Notes: a model not told the origin generated them from the sequence alone. Shown: positions 10,979 to 26,486, counted from the first letter of the stretch. The stretch: 64,000 bases of DNA from Trichinella spiralis (GCF_000181795.1 NW_003526941.1:10222856-10286855), one strand, 5' to 3'. Program-made: numbers and translations.

Positions 10979-13826
10979 AATAAGTAGCCGATCTGGGTAG
11001 TTAAATAGTCCACAAAAATATTATCGCCATAATTTTTTGTTCTGGTTATGCTGAGGTTCTCCACGCTTCTTCTTTTCACCGTTTCCGCTGAAAATCTTTT
11101 TTCCATCTTTTGCCCAGGCTTACATCCGTATGTTTTTCCTTTTGATACTTTTCACAGTTGCTATGTGTGAAATAAGATAAGCTAGAGTTATCTGGTCAAC
11201 AAGCTGCGAACAATTTTGATAAATGGCACAACTCTGACCGGCCACCAAGAAATTGAACAACAACAACAACAAACCTTTCAGATACCGTGTTTATGCCTAG
11301 AATAAATGGCGGCAAATGTGCTTGGGAAAACACGCGTCTGTTTCAAACTGATCGACCAAAGCGTGCCAAACAACAGCAAGTGTTGGTGAACAATTAAAAC
11401 TTCAATACCGCGCCTATTTTTCTGGAAGCTGCAAAGAAAAAGATATCATCTTCTTTACCATCTACTCACCCTTGCCTACTTGTTTGACACGGCCGTTCAA
11501 TCTTCAAACACCTACCTCTCTTTACACTTGTTTCACACAACCAAACACCTTTCACTATAAAATGATTAAGATAATTTTTTTAATTGGAAAACATTTTTCC
11601 AATTTTTTTCAACAAATAACATTGATATTCATCACTTACTTTGCAAATAAATGTTCTTCAAAAGCACAATAATGAAATTTTACCTACTATTTGTATACGG
11701 ATATTTATTTTTTTTCATCACACTAATAATGTTGTTCAGAACAAAAGTAAAAAGGTTCAAAGATGATTAAATCATTTGAATTCAATAAATATTCATTTTT
11801 TTCATTTTACCAGTCATTCATTTATTGATATATTCCAAATGGAGTGTGCAATTTGAAAAGACACTTTAAAGTAAGAATTAGAAAAAGATACTCATCGTCG
11901 AGTGTTGTTGAACTGTGAAAAATACAACGATGACAAAATTTTACAATGAATTTTCTAAAACAGAAAAAAAACTATAGTTCAGATAGATAGATTTCTTCTG
12001 CTTGAAAAGTATATATATATATATATATATATATATACTGCTTTGGTTGTTGTTTGAAAACATTAGCAATGGTATTTTTAGGAACGTAAATTTTTATTTC
12101 TCATCCATTTGAATGATGATAAATAGAATACAGTTGTCGAAGACGTTCAACGTTTGTGGTCCGGATAATTTGTAAATGGTTGAAACATGGCAACAAATGT
12201 GCTAGTTGCTTCGGCGAGGACAGAACACAGCTTTCATGTGAAGCAGCAAATGATAGATGACGGACAGACGCGGTGCAGTGAAACTTTCTCAACAAAGGCG
12301 GAAACGAAAGAAAAAATGAGAAGGGAAACAAGGAAAGAAAAAAGTTAAATGCTCGACCAAACTCTGTTGCTAAGCTATATACAACACGGCTAGCTAGCAA
12401 ATGTTAGCTAGCAAGCCAATATTGTGAAGTTCAACTGAGGATAGTGGTAGTGGTAGCAATGGAAGAAGAAGCAACAACAGCAACAGCAACAGCAGCAGTA
12501 GTGGTGCCAGTTTGTATAGAACCGTCAGCAGATAGAAGATCACGTTGCAATTTTGGAATGGCCGATCGTCACCTGTCGCTTACGCATTTACACCTCCCCA
12601 ATTTGTTGCCTCCGCGGTTCGTGTCCTTAAACTTCCGCGTATCGACCTATTCGCGGTGTTAAATTTCCTCCCACTATCACAGCAGACTGAAGGTCGCGAA
12701 AACGCCATCTTAATTATTTTTCACCTCTACCCAATCAATAATATACATATATATATATATATATATATTCGTGCTGTATGCTGTTTTCGTTAATTTTCTA
12801 TATTCTCCTCCCTCCTGTCTCTATCTTTTTCACATTCGCTGATCAAAGTTGCAAAATTTGCTGGCCAAGAAAACACGAGCTCACAATGTGTTCAGCTGTT
12901 CATGCTTTTAGTAGACAAAAACAAATTAAATAAATGGAAACAGCTTTCAAACAAATGGAATAAATAAATGCTTTTCGTTGCAAAAAAGAAAAAGAAATAG
13001 TGAAAATGAAAATTTCAAATTTAGCCAAATGCCAGACAGGCAGGCAGACAATTTGATGCATATCAGCAGCGTGCGATGCTTGTTGCCATTTTCAAATTTG
13101 CTACTTTCACTAATCGCACAGACACAGTGGCACCGGATAAAAGCACCAAGTGGAAGACAAAAATTAAATTTGTTTCTGCCGCTTGAATTGAAGATTGAAA
13201 GAATTTTGAAACATTTCCTCCACCATTGGAACAAGAAAACTTTTCAACTTTATAAAAGACGGAAATTGTAATTACCTTTAGAAAATTGCCAATGACCGGA
13301 AATGAAGCAATAAAAGTAATATATTTGAGAAAAAAAAGAAGCAAATTTTAATCGATTTACATAGGATAGCAGCTTTGAAAATGTTTGCTTTAAATCTATT
13401 TGAAAAAAGAATTAATTCATTTGGCAAATTTTCCCTCACCTGTTGATCTTCAGCAAACAAACGCAAAATTATTAAACATATATTCAAATATATTATAGAT
13501 ACACACAATTTGTTTCCTGTTGATTTTCATTTCAATCTGATTAGCACCGATTTAATTTACATACAAAATGTCCAATTCAACTGCACATCAAATTGTATAT
13601 ACCCAAATTTTTTTTCTAAAAACAAAATTTAACCAAAGCAGTCAACTAGCCTGTGGTAAGCACTACACACTAGCAGAAACTTTGCTTTTTACGTCAATAA
13701 AAAAATGTACACAAATTATGATAGAAAATAAAAATGAAAAAAAAAGAAAGAAAACATCATTACTAGTACAGTAGTGGTAGTAGCAGTAGTATTAAGTGAA
13801 TGAATGAATGAATAAATTCGTGAAAA

Positions 13827-16800
13827 TTAAGTGATTCTCAAAGCTCTTGACAGACGTTCCTTGAAATGGTTGGTAGCTGATTTTGCCGTATCAGCGTTTT
13901 TGTCCCAACAAATGATAGTGTTGTCGTTGAGCAAAGCTACCAGCTGAGAACAATTACAAGTATAAGCCAAACTGAAAACCACAACAACTTCGACAATACA
14001 AATGTAACAGAAAACTTAAAATTGCTGCTCGAATCAATTTTACCTGATCACTGGCCGTAATATTTCGTCACTGCGGAGTTCTTGAATCAACGACAACTTC
14101 CATCGATCCCAAATTCTATTTCAATATTAATTAAATTAAAATAAATAATAAAGTTGATTACTTGATTACTTGATGACGCCGTTTTGCAATCCCGCAGCGA
14201 TGCAATTAATTGACACACCTTCAGCCAGAGTGGACAACGCCAGACTGCAAATGGTCACACTCGAATGAACTCGACCAACAAGACGACCGTTGACAGTGTG
14301 CAGTATCAGTTCACTTCCAACATCTGACAAAAATATGAAACTACCAACTTTAAAACATGCATTGAAAAAAAACAACACATACCTTCATCAGAAACTGACA
14401 CAATGTCACACGAGCTACTGCTGCCGGAACTTATTGCACACAACGACAGCTTACCTTCGTGTCCTGTGAGTTTTCTGACGAAACAGAGTCTGTAAAATAA
14501 AAATGCATCAAATGATGAAAAAAAAAAGAAAATTTTTCTTATTATTCTTCTTGAATCTTCAACCTGTTCAAATCCCAGACGAACAATTCGCCGGCGGCAG
14601 ATCCGCTTACGATAATTCCATGCTCAGTCGACTGGGCTACTGTGGATACGGACGCCGAATGACCGTACAACGTTTTCAACACTGTGCAATTTGCTTGCAA
14701 ATTCTGCGACTGTAAATGCTATAATAAATGAACTGAAATTTCAAACGAACCAAACAACAACAACAACAACAACTTTTAGAACTAACATTGTCGTTTCAGC
14801 CTTTTCTTACCTTTACATTTGGAAAACAGTTCCACTTTAAACGAACAACGATCAACGTGCCCAAGTCGGTACCGAAGCAGAATACGGTCGTTTCGACAAA
14901 AGACGAATATGCAGTTACCTGTTTGAATTATTTTACAGTATGTTTTTGTTATAAGCAAGTAATGCAACAGAACAGAGCTGAATTGAATTGAATGAAAATA
15001 TTTGCTATTAAAGCGTGAATTATTGAAGAATGCGTGCAAATGTTGCAATCAAGTGTTAAAATGTACCTGAAAATCATAAGCGAGCATCAGGTCGTTCAAT
15101 TCGGATAAGTCGGATTCAGAAATGTGCCCGGCTGAAGTTGGCAAATGTTCAGATTTCAGTTTTATAACACAGTCGGCAAAGTCGAAACGCAGCGATACAA
15201 TCGAAACCAGCGTACGAAAACGAACCTGCTGACGAACACTGGAGAAAACTAAAGAGAATGGAAAAGAAGATTTTGATTGCAAATTCAAATTCGACAAAAA
15301 TCAAAATCATCAAATGCTTACAAGTACGATTGGGGTATAATTTGCAGGGGTAAACTGCGACAAGTGCCATTTTGTCGGGTACCAAAACCATATTGCCACA
15401 TGGAAGAATGAAAACATGCGCCAACTGGGATGGTGCATCAATAACAACAGTTGGTGCGCAAATTAACCGTGGTGCCTGACCTTCCGGGGAACCTACATAA
15501 TTACCCCACCGTAAACCTCGAGCTGGACAAAACGAGTACTGAAAAACCAAAAAAAACCAATGAATTGCATTTTTTGCACACATAATATGCATAATTTATT
15601 TACTTCTGACGTCGGTGGTGGTCTTGGAGCCGCTGCTGAAGCAGTGGTGCTATTGGAATCATAGTTGCTTGAAATCATGCGCGGGGGGTGTGGCTTGGTG
15701 AAAAGTTGCAAAGGGAGTTGGCCGAACGTTTTCACCATCGCGTGCAAAGCACTCGAGGAAATTTCATCGCCAAGTTCTTCAAAACGAACATTCTTCCACG
15801 ATGTGCACGGATGATAGACGTTGAACGCTTCAACGGCCGCCTGACCGCTCTGTCTGTAGCCGAAAATCAGATCGATCCAATGAGACAAACGTTTCGAAAC
15901 TGCGTCTGATTCAAGCGCTTGGCGATGAATCAAAACAAACAGTCGAGGATCTTTCTCTGGACACCAATTTGGCATAATTACATCATGTACCCGTTCACCA
16001 TTGTGCCGTATTCCCAAATTGAAATCTATAAATAAATAAATAAATACAAAGTGGAAATGATGATTATTGTTTTTGTTTATCGGATGTTTTTGTTGCTAAC
16101 TTTGCGTATTGATGAACATTTCGGGTAGAGTAAAAAATTCAGGTATCAATTCTTTGTTGTCACCTCGCCAATCCCAACTGGCCATGTTCCACGTAGTGTT
16201 GATGCTGTGAAATAGTCGATCAGGCATATCAAAAGTGTTATCTGAGAAGTAATATAAGAAAAACACTATTTATGAGAGAAAAGAAAACGAATAATACAAC
16301 AAAAAGAACCGTGATATTCAAGCGCCAAATTGCTGAACGGCGGTACACGGATCATGTAGTACAATACTACACCGCTGTTGGAATACAACGCACTGAAATG
16401 ATATGGTTCACTCAACGGGACATTTTGATCCAATGATGCGCTCGACAAAGCCTGAAATGAACAAAAATATCATTTCACTAATGGAAATGACAGGGACAAA
16501 TGGACAAATTTTCTCACCTCATATCGTTCACTGTAATAAGTTCGACTTTTACTGTTCTGTACGGCCACCGGCAAACTCAAATCCCTTACAAATATTTATT
16601 TATTTACATTTTTTTTGTTTCTAGGAGAAAAAAAATTCATAGATACCTGTACAAAGTAGGTTGCTTCAAATCAATGGTGTAGTTGAGGTAATCGTTCAAA
16701 ATGAACGGAAACACCGGATACTGAGTAATGTCGTTGAAAGTACGACCGGCCAATTCATTCAACGTTATTATATAGCTTAACAAAGAACGAATATGAAAAT

Positions 16801-19800
16801 TGGAAAATGCCCAAAAAATATTTTTGCAATAATAATAATATTCTCTCCTCACTCGAAATTGGTCATCCGACCAGATCGCCACGCTTCTGTGAACGTGGAC
16901 AACATTTGCAAAGATGCTTGTTGTTGAAGTGAAGGAGAAAACGTTTTCAAATGACCGACAGCTTCAGCTCGATTTGGCGGTGAATCGAACACGAACAAGC
17001 ACGATTCGAGCGTGTCAAAGAACATCTCCACCGCAGAGTCGGCGGCGTGGAAGCGCAAGCAGTTCAACGAAATCAACTGTGAATAATTCCAACTGGTGGA
17101 AACCTTCTTGTTGAGAGGGATACGTTTTTGCACTGTGCAACAGTTGTTGCTGAGGAAGTGGATTTTGTCACGATAGAGCAACAATGTGCCAGTTGCTTCG
17201 AAAAACAACGTCACCATGATTGTGTTAAATGAATGCAATGCACCACCTTCGGTATTGAAGGGCAACAACGTCGACGTGGCGAATAACTTATCCAACCAAA
17301 AAGAAGAACAACTCTTTATCGACGACCCTTAACAGATATATATATATATACATATGATAACAAACAAGTAGTGAATGATTGTCAATGCTTCTCATTCCCC
17401 CCCCCCCCCCCCATTTGACCCCTCCTTTTTTCAAATTTTAATTTGTCCCATAAATTTCAATTTAAAATTAACATATTGTGACGGTAAAAAATAGCCAAAC
17501 CTAGTAAGCAAATTAAATTTATAGTATACCAGTTTCTTGTGATCGGTAAAATTCACTGTCGTTGTCCATAACGTCGGGCGTGAATCGTACTCGACTGTAT
17601 CCCGGCAAATGCAACGGATCAAGAAACCAACGGTTTGGCCACTTTTTCGGTGAATAAAAAATTCCTTGTGGATGACACAAACTTTTCTTAAAAAGGAAAA
17701 AAAAACTAAAGTACGTGTATAATAAATAATTCAATTTTCAAAATTCAAAATTTTAATCACTTCGATAAATCTCCAATGCCAGAGGACATTTTCAGCAATA
17801 CGATTCGATTTGTGCTCAAATGACGCATATTCGGAAGCGATAATGTCGTGCATGTAAACGGTAAAACGATTCACATCCGAAGCTTCTTCATTGGTGCTGT
17901 GCAGTCTAGCCTGAGTTCCTTGCAAAACACGCTTATTCCGTTCAAACATACCGGACACCCAGTTGCACGTGAGATGGTAAAATTTCTTCAAACTAGACTT
18001 GGCCGGTGCAAGTTCGATCTTGCACTGACCAGAAGATGAAAGTTTGCTGGACATTGGGGACGCTTGTAAAAAATCCAACCGAAGAAACGCTGCCAGTGTG
18101 GCTTTGTCGGCTTCGGTCAGCGTTGTGCAGACGCTGAAATCGCAAAAAATATGCAACAGCAAATCTCGATATTCAGGTAGGGTCGACAAGAAAGATTTGA
18201 GCACTTCGCGTGCTTTCGGGTTCCGTTGGAGCTGCTCGACCATGACAAACCGTCTGGAACAGTCGCAACAATTTCCGGCCGTTTGTCGAAAATTTCCATG
18301 CAGTCGATCCCACAGTTGTCTGAAGGTGAGCAAAATTGACGGATGCACAAGGAAGACGAACAAATTTTTCACCAAAGCAAAAATTGCCAGTCGCTTCTTG
18401 GGTCCATTAGGTGGATCTTTGGTCAACAGAAAGCTGTCCGGTATCAGATCGATCAAAAAGCTAAAGTAGCATTGGAAAAGAAGAAGTTCTTCGTCGTTGT
18501 CGGGTCCAACGTTGGGCGGCATGAACAATATGAAATTGTTGCACAATTCCAAACATTCGACGAGACGATCTTCGAGTCGACTGGCCATGATTTCCGACTC
18601 GCCTGCTTCACCACTGCTACCTGCAAGCATCGCAAACAATACAACATACAGCCAACAGCAAAATGCTTTTATATTTATCCTTACGACGATGACGACGACA
18701 ACTGGTCGAACTTTTCCGACATTCCCACCGTTTCAGCCACGACACTTGTCGATACGTGGTCAACAGTTCACCGAGCAAATTTACCAGCTCATCCCGGATG
18801 AGCTTTTGCTTCGCAACTTTGCCACCAACATACAGTTGCAGATCGGCCAACATGAGCAATTCCAAAAAGCCCACCGCGGCGCTTTTGAACACCTGCTCTT
18901 CAGCTGACAGAAGCGCTTTGCGAAACATGCTAACGGCAAATCGTCGCCAAGCTCCACGAACGTCCACCATAACCTGCTGTTGTCGGTCTTCGTCTTTCTC
19001 AACACTGTTCAAGTGGTATAAAAAACAAATATGTAAATTTAATTTAATCTAAAATTCAATCCTCTAACTTTAAACGAGACAATTTCATCAAAGCTGCTAC
19101 TAAACAATCGGTCAAACCAACACGCCAAAGTGTGCTGGCAATTTGATCATTTTTCGAAATCTAAAAAAAAAATTTTTAATTTGTCTGAACAATAAATAAT
19201 TATGTATTATGAATAATCGAACCAACCAACCAACCTCAGTGAGCAAGTCGATCAATCTGTTGAAAGTTGTGCAGTCGACGATTGAACATTCGAGCTGAGC
19301 GACGAGAACGGACAACGCTTCCGTTTGAAATTCATCAATGGTCATTAAATTCGAAATGTGGTCTTGAAACAACTGCTGATCGTCGAATCTGAAGCACAAA
19401 TACCAACAAATCAGCAGCAATATATGCAAATTTGTAAAATAATTTCCATCCAAAATACTTGTTGTTGTTGTTGTTGGAAAAATAGCTTGTTTGTCCACCA
19501 AGCACCAACTGCAACAGACTGTTGATCACTGTAATCGAAGTTGGAAGTTGATAAAGTTGATTTCTCAACAAATCAAAACCTCTGGCATTGAGAAATTGTT
19601 CCTTTTGATCATCACTGAACCAGTGCAATGCAACGGCGAGAAGCTGGAAAATTTAAATTGTCAAAATAAATCAAAGAAAACAATTTCAAATATTCCACTT
19701 CGACTAAATAGCCGACAGTTTGCTGGTCGACTTGTTGTCTCAGCATCACAATCAAATATTCCCAATGGATGTCACAATTTGGAACATTGGTCAACTGTTC

Positions 19801-22800
19801 ACCCTTTTCTATATTGTTCATGTGAGCGATCAACAAATGAAGGATCTCTAAAAAAACAATTGAATTTTATAAATAAACAGTAAAAGTACAATAATAATAA
19901 TAATAATTGTGTATTTGTTTTGTACTTTGTAAAAATATTTCTTACCACATTTCAAGCGAACAAATGCAGGAAATGTTTCGATGCCTTTGGATGAAGGTCG
20001 AAGCGAAGGTTCTATTAATTCAAAGAACATTTTCCCAGCAGAAGCAAACAGTTGATATTTTGAACTATAAAATTAATTTAAAAAAATAAAAATATAAAAT
20101 GATAAGCAAAAATTAATCAACTTACAATACATCACTTATGGTAGTGTTGTGTAATTGCTTGGTAATGCTAGCTGCATCATACAAGTGCATGCTGCTCATG
20201 AATCCGCAATCATCTGTTCACAAAGTAAACAGTGTACAAATAGCCGAAACAAACAACATCACACACACACACACAAAATACCTTTGATCAGCAATTCATT
20301 TTCACATTCATCCCTAATTTTCAACAAACCATTCACAAAAGTTTCAATCAATGCTGAAAAAAAACAGTAAAAAAAAGACAACTATAGCAAAAAGTATTAT
20401 TCTTGTTGTAACGGATTCATTTACATAAATTGATCCAAGTGAACGCATTGCAAAATGGATATTGAACAGTGACGCGTGATGCATCGTGACAATAGAATAG
20501 AAATTCAATCACGACGGACACTTCGGTGAACCAAATTCCAGCACTAAGCACTGCTTGTACAACACGTGTAATTGCACTTATTAGAGAAGATGGAAAATCT
20601 TTTCCAGTAATTCGGATGTAGATCTTAAAATAAAAAAAATTAACAATTAACAAACAGAATAAAAAGAAGAAGAAGAAGAAGAAGAAGAGTGTTATTTTCA
20701 CAAAGATAAAATTTGCAAATTGTAAAAATATTACACAAATCAAATTCAACAGTCGTTTGATGAGGGAAAATTGATTGCAAATGGTGACATTTTCTGAGCT
20801 AGCTTCGAGCAAGTTAGCAAGCAACTGAAGAGCTTCCGCAAACTGTTCCAACCCATTACGCCACAGTTGGAAGGATGTTAACATTTGGAATAGAATTTCC
20901 ACTTCACATATCAACGGACATCCAGAATGAGAACAACTAACGCAGAGATCAAAAAGAGTCTACAAAAGCAAAAAAAAAACTGGTGAGAAATGAAAAACTG
21001 AATTATTCATTTTTCAACCAACTAAACAAACAAACCTTCACAAAATCAGAACCAACCGGAAATTGGCTTTCACCCGTAAAATAGCTAAGCATTGCTGGAC
21101 CGAGCATTTTCACAAATTCATCACGCCAAATCGGATTCCTCTGCACGCAGAGGACAAGAAAACGCAACGCAAAACTTCTGCTTTGTTCATCGATCGGTTT
21201 GTGAAGCACCTGAATAAAATCAACAATGATAACAAAAAAGAAATGCATATTCACAAAAAACATATAAACAAACAGGACAATCGATGATCACCTGAATAAC
21301 AAGATAAAGCAAAATCATTGCTGATCCGCAGGATTGCAAAAAGTTGTACAATTGTGTTGATCCGCTTGGATCGACAATGTCGATCAGCAACGTCTGCTGC
21401 TGTCTGTCACTTAGAGTGGTGTCGTCGTGATCAACAACGACATTACACAGGCAATTCAACGCATACCGTTTGCTGGGATATGCGCAAAATTGAATCATCT
21501 TCTGACCGGTCATTACCGCAACTAAACGTTCGGACAGTCGAATCAGCGCATCCTCATCGTCGAAAAGAGAATATAATTTTCTCTTCGATGAACAATACAA
21601 ATTCAAATTCAACAGTTCACCATTTTCATTCAACGCTAAATTACATCTACGCGGACCAAGCTCATACAACAGTGTACAATAATTGTCAGAAAGACATTCT
21701 ACAAAATCAAAATATTAATGTATTGCATGAATAAAATATTTTTAAAAAAAACAATTAGAAACCATTAAAAACATTTATGCTGGCAACGTGTCCGAAAAGT
21801 CGAAACAATTTTCTACGGCTGAATAAAGCGATGGCATAATGACGAAATGCATCAGTACCATCTTCTACGCCTTGTTCTTCTTGTTCTTCTTCTTCATCAT
21901 CATCATCTTCTTCTTCTGCATTCCAGTGTGTTTCTCGACGAAATATTCTGCTATCATTAAAATTTAGCTATAAAAGACAACACACAAAAAATGACAAACA
22001 CATATGTATAACAATGAACGAATGAATACTTGAATGAACAATTTTTGATTCGCATATCTCATTTGTAGAAACAACAAACACCAACGATCCGCATGCAATG
22101 AACCACATTTATAAGAGACAACTTGTTGACCGTTGAAATTCAAGCTGAGAATCAATTCCAAACCTGGCAAGCCGACATTCACTGAACAGAGCAATTTAGC
22201 ATTGCCAATGGAAACAATATGCGCTTGTTCACGTCTTTTGCAGGCTTGGTTGAAAAAATTTCCAACGCTACCACAACGCAACCAAATGCCGACCGACAAA
22301 CCTTGGCGCATGTTGGCCCTTTTCACGTATTTTTTCAAATTGATCATCACCGGTGCGGATGTTTTCATACGGATCATTCGTAACATTGAAGTATAATAAG
22401 AAGAACAAGTCGAATTAAACGACAAATCCAACAATCTATAAATGAAAATAAAACATAATTTTCCCCATTATCATACTAAAAGAAAAAAAACTGTTGTCCA
22501 CTTGACTTTTTTTCACAAGCAACAGCCAATGCAGATGCCGTAGTTGAACAAGATGAATGACTGTGGTCGTCTGGCCATGGAAAATTTAAAGGCAAAAGAT
22601 ATTTCGGATCGAATTTACATTCTTGCAAACTTTGGTCCAATATTCGAAGTAATGTCAGCTGATCAGTAGAATAAGTAAAAATTAATAAAACAAACAAACA
22701 AACAAACAAACATATATGCACAGTAATTAATTACAACAGTATGTGATCCGTATTGATCAGCAAGTTGAAAAGCTAGTCGAAGCCCGTTGTGGTCATTGGT

Positions 22801-25800
22801 GGATAAAAAAATCGTCAACATAGCTTCCAATATTGGTGAAACATGTTCTGAAAAAGATCGAAACAAAAACTTCATGTTCATTTAAATGGAAAAAAACATT
22901 TAAACAATTTCTCAAAACTACCGCATGTCCAGCATTGGGGAATAGTTTTCAAAATTGTCGTGAAATTTTCAATTGAAGTCTAAAAAAATGCATAACAATT
23001 ATTATAATTTTTTTTAAAAACAAATACAAAATAACAATATCCGTTTTATTTACCGGATGTTCGAGTAGAGTTTTCATCATCGTCGGGTAACGAACGCAAT
23101 AACGCTGTAGGCGTTGGAAAAATTTCCCCACATTTTCAATGCCACGTTTCAACAGACCGGCAACTATGATAATTGACCACTGGCCAATGGCTAGTGAATA
23201 TTTTTCAATTGAATACGAATTTCCAACAGTTTGCAGTGCTGTTTCTGCAAATTGAATTTTTCATCACAAAATTGTTGAACAGAAACATTAGAAAAAAAGA
23301 ACCTTTCGCAGATGAATAAGATACACAACTGTACGCAGCTACATCTTCTTCACTTTGCGTACTCATGTCCGAAGAACTGAAAATTAATGATTAATTGTTT
23401 AAAGTGAAAAAAAAATATTTTTTTTCATTTAATTTCGTTTCTTTTGCCTGTACCTCCCCGAGTCGACTTTTATTGGATCGAGTAAATTTCCAGATTCAGC
23501 TAATTGAACAGCAACAAATGTTCGCAAAAGTATCTCGGCGACTGCCAATAAATTGTTGGGATTTCGTTCCGCTAAATCTCCCATCAATTGATTCCTCACT
23601 CGACAAAAAAATGTGTTAGCCTATCAGAAAAAAAACAAATTAAATAATAAAGTAAAACCATGAATACAATGGATCGGTTTACAATTTTCGAATCAGCCGG
23701 TGTAATGGAAGCGCAAAATCCGACCGTAATGTAAAGGAGATGTTCAACGTAGGAGAAAAATGTCGCATCCAAGTCGAGCCGACGACGAGTCGAATAGTGA
23801 ATAACCGATGCAACAAGACCGTGGATTAATTCCACACCGCCACGTTGGCAAAATGAGACGGCAAAGTGGGGCAGGGGCCAAAGTCTGGAACAGAGATACG
23901 TGAGACGGGCCGGGGCGCTCCAGAATGTCACTCGGTCGTTGCAGTTGTCCATAGCCAGCAGACGAACGTCGCTGATCACCAAATTCAACACCCGGATCGT
24001 CTGCATCAGTATCCGATCAGAAATGGAAACCAAATGGGGTTCTTGAACGTGACGTTCGACTCGAGCAGCTTCGATCAGCAATTCGGCACTGACCAAATCG
24101 AGCTCGATCTCACGAAGATGCGATTCGAACAGTTCGAAATGTTCCACCAGAGTGGGATAATTTGAGGCGGTTATTGTCGTCGAACAGAGTCTGTACAACG
24201 CCCTGACCAGTCGAACTGGGAAATTGTCGGTCCGGCATGCGTTTAACAGCTGAGGCAGAGCAAAGCCGGCGAACAATTGAGCCTTGTAGTCCGAAGTGAG
24301 CTTGCTAGCCGCTTCGGTGAGCAGGTTCAACAAAGGCAACTGTTCGCACAAGTTGAGCTGGTCGAACAATTGACCAAACGAGCTGGCCAAATCGAAACGT
24401 TCACAGTCGTTCCACAAAGTGTTGTTGGACCGCTGCTTGAGCAGTTTGCCGAATATGCACCGCCTCAACATGCGACGATCAACTGCGGAACCGCACCGTG
24501 GAAGCATTTCGACCAGCAAATCCAAATAGCGCACCACACCAGAGCAAGAGCACGACTGGAATTCGAACAACGCCCGGATCATGTGGAAACGGTCGTCAGG
24601 GGTGTTGTCTCGAGTTCGACGAACCAATTCGAACATGATCTCCTCGATTCGGAGAATTACACAACAACTGCCGACCGCAGTGATGCAGTCGGTAGATTCT
24701 TCGGCCACCGTCAACAGACCACAGGAGATGTGCTTGGACTTCGAACACCAGCCCTGGTGTTGGGTGAGTCGATTCAACTTGAGCAGACGGTCGACAATGG
24801 CCACCAACGCGTCGCGAAAATAGCGGTTCCAAGCGTCTAAGCTGGACAGCAAACGTGGAACGTCAGACGACACCACTTGCGACGGTATGTCGAGCAACAT
24901 CCGACTGCTCAAACTGCTGTCGATCAGGTCGACCAACGCCGGCATACGGTCGCCAAGGTGGCGTTGGGCGGACATTTGGAAAATCAGAATCAACAAATTG
25001 TCCACCACTGCACGGCAAGCTGTAAAAATCACATCCGACAGCAGTTCACTTTGATCAGCGGCTGTCGACGGGATGCAATTGTGCAACTGATCGACCACAA
25101 TACACTGCAACAATTTCCACACGAAATTGTTCACTTGTTGAGCAATTCGAATCGACGGAAAATAATAATCCCCGCTAACCGGCATCCAGCTGATCAGCTT
25201 GCAAACGAACCGCACAAGCCACAGATAACCGTCCATATGGTGCAATTCAGACAATACACCGCACGACTGAAGAATCCACTCTGTACAATCATGAATAATT
25301 GTCAACAAAATCGCATCCTCTGCCGAACACCAGTTTATGCATCTAGCCAGCAGGTTCAACAGAATACAACAAGCCGTCTGCTTGTCCAACTGGTCAAACG
25401 AACACGACTGAAACTGTCTACATTGCCTTCTCAGCTGCCGACCAATTATATTCGTCAAATCGGCTGCGTGGAATATTACACTGCTGTCCCAGAGAAAACC
25501 ATCCGAATCTTCGACGAACCAATACCAAAGGTTCGTTTCCAAACATGGCTGACTGGACGAATCATGCTTCGTCCTCGACATACGACTATGTGGTGGTCCT
25601 CCTGACTCTGAAAACAAAATCCAGTAAAAATAACCCCAAAACCGAAAGAAATCAATCATCATCTATCTATCTATCTATCTACACTCCTTACCACTGACAT
25701 CACCGGAACTGGTGGATGTGCAATACAACGGTTTCCAAATGTTGCTTTGTCGTTCGTTTGAAAAATTGCTGTCATCCAAACACATTCGACGAGAACGTTT

Positions 25801-26486
25801 CCACTTGACGTATGCTCGTCTTTCTTTGATAAAAAAATTCGACTTCTCTGTGATGTTGGAAAAAAAAATTTACATATATATATTAATTGATCATGTTTAA
25901 TTTTAGACAAATTTATTACTACTGTCTTCAGCTGTACGTCTCACGACAGAACTGTAATCTAAAAGTTTTCGCTTCTGTTCAAGCAAATCCTGATCACCGG
26001 CGTAGTGGAACAACAAGTTCAACAATTTCAAATTTGCTGCAATAAAAATTTTCAATCATATTCTTCTTGCAAAACAAATTATGAAAACAATTATTATTTA
26101 TTTCCTTTACCTTCTGATAAAGGTTCAGAAAAAGTAACCGATTCATCTTCATCAATTAACAATGTTTTTATTACATTCCAAACAATTTCGGCCATGCTAT
26201 TCGGTTTCTGCACATTCTGAAATCAGAAATTTCAAAAAAAAATAAACAATATGATAATTTTAAAAAAATCACAACTTACTTTCCACTTGCAAAGGCTAAG
26301 CACGCAGCACAGTGGCAAATAATCTTCATTCAGAACAGGCCATGCTTGTCGACTAGTAAGTATCCCTTCGTTCAAAACGTACAAATATTCTTCGAACTTT
26401 TCCACTAAGAACTGACAAAGGTACGGTTGTGAGATGGCCACTTTTTTCAAAAATGCATTTTCAAATGTCGTGAATTGATCGGACAT
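13827..26486 (-). CDS. LYST: Lysosomal trafficking regulator (PH-BEACH-WD40 protein), multi-exon
   Basis: BEACH motifs [83 protein letters not shown] and [11 protein letters not shown]. The WD40 segment [15 protein letters not shown] is LYST-like. The last exon ends ...[10 protein letters not shown] at 13827. The start at 26486 is inferred; the N-terminal half is divergent. Confidence 0.88.

Noticed and set aside
10803..11106. Upstream ATG (11106) in frame with the HLH gene and separated from it only by four TGA codons, suggesting selenocysteine or readthrough
   Set aside because: The peptide resembles nothing, no SECIS element was recognised, and the interval contains CCAAT boxes and looks like promoter. 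Four TGA-only stops can occur by chance.
12640..12700. miR-2-like seed (TATCACAG) in a possible hairpin
   Set aside because: Pairing is too interrupted for a pre-miRNA, and the sequence beyond the seed does not match miR-2.
24277..25605. Long plus-strand ORFs (187 and 242 aa)
   Set aside because: Antisense shadows of the GC-rich LYST exon; no recognisable motifs.
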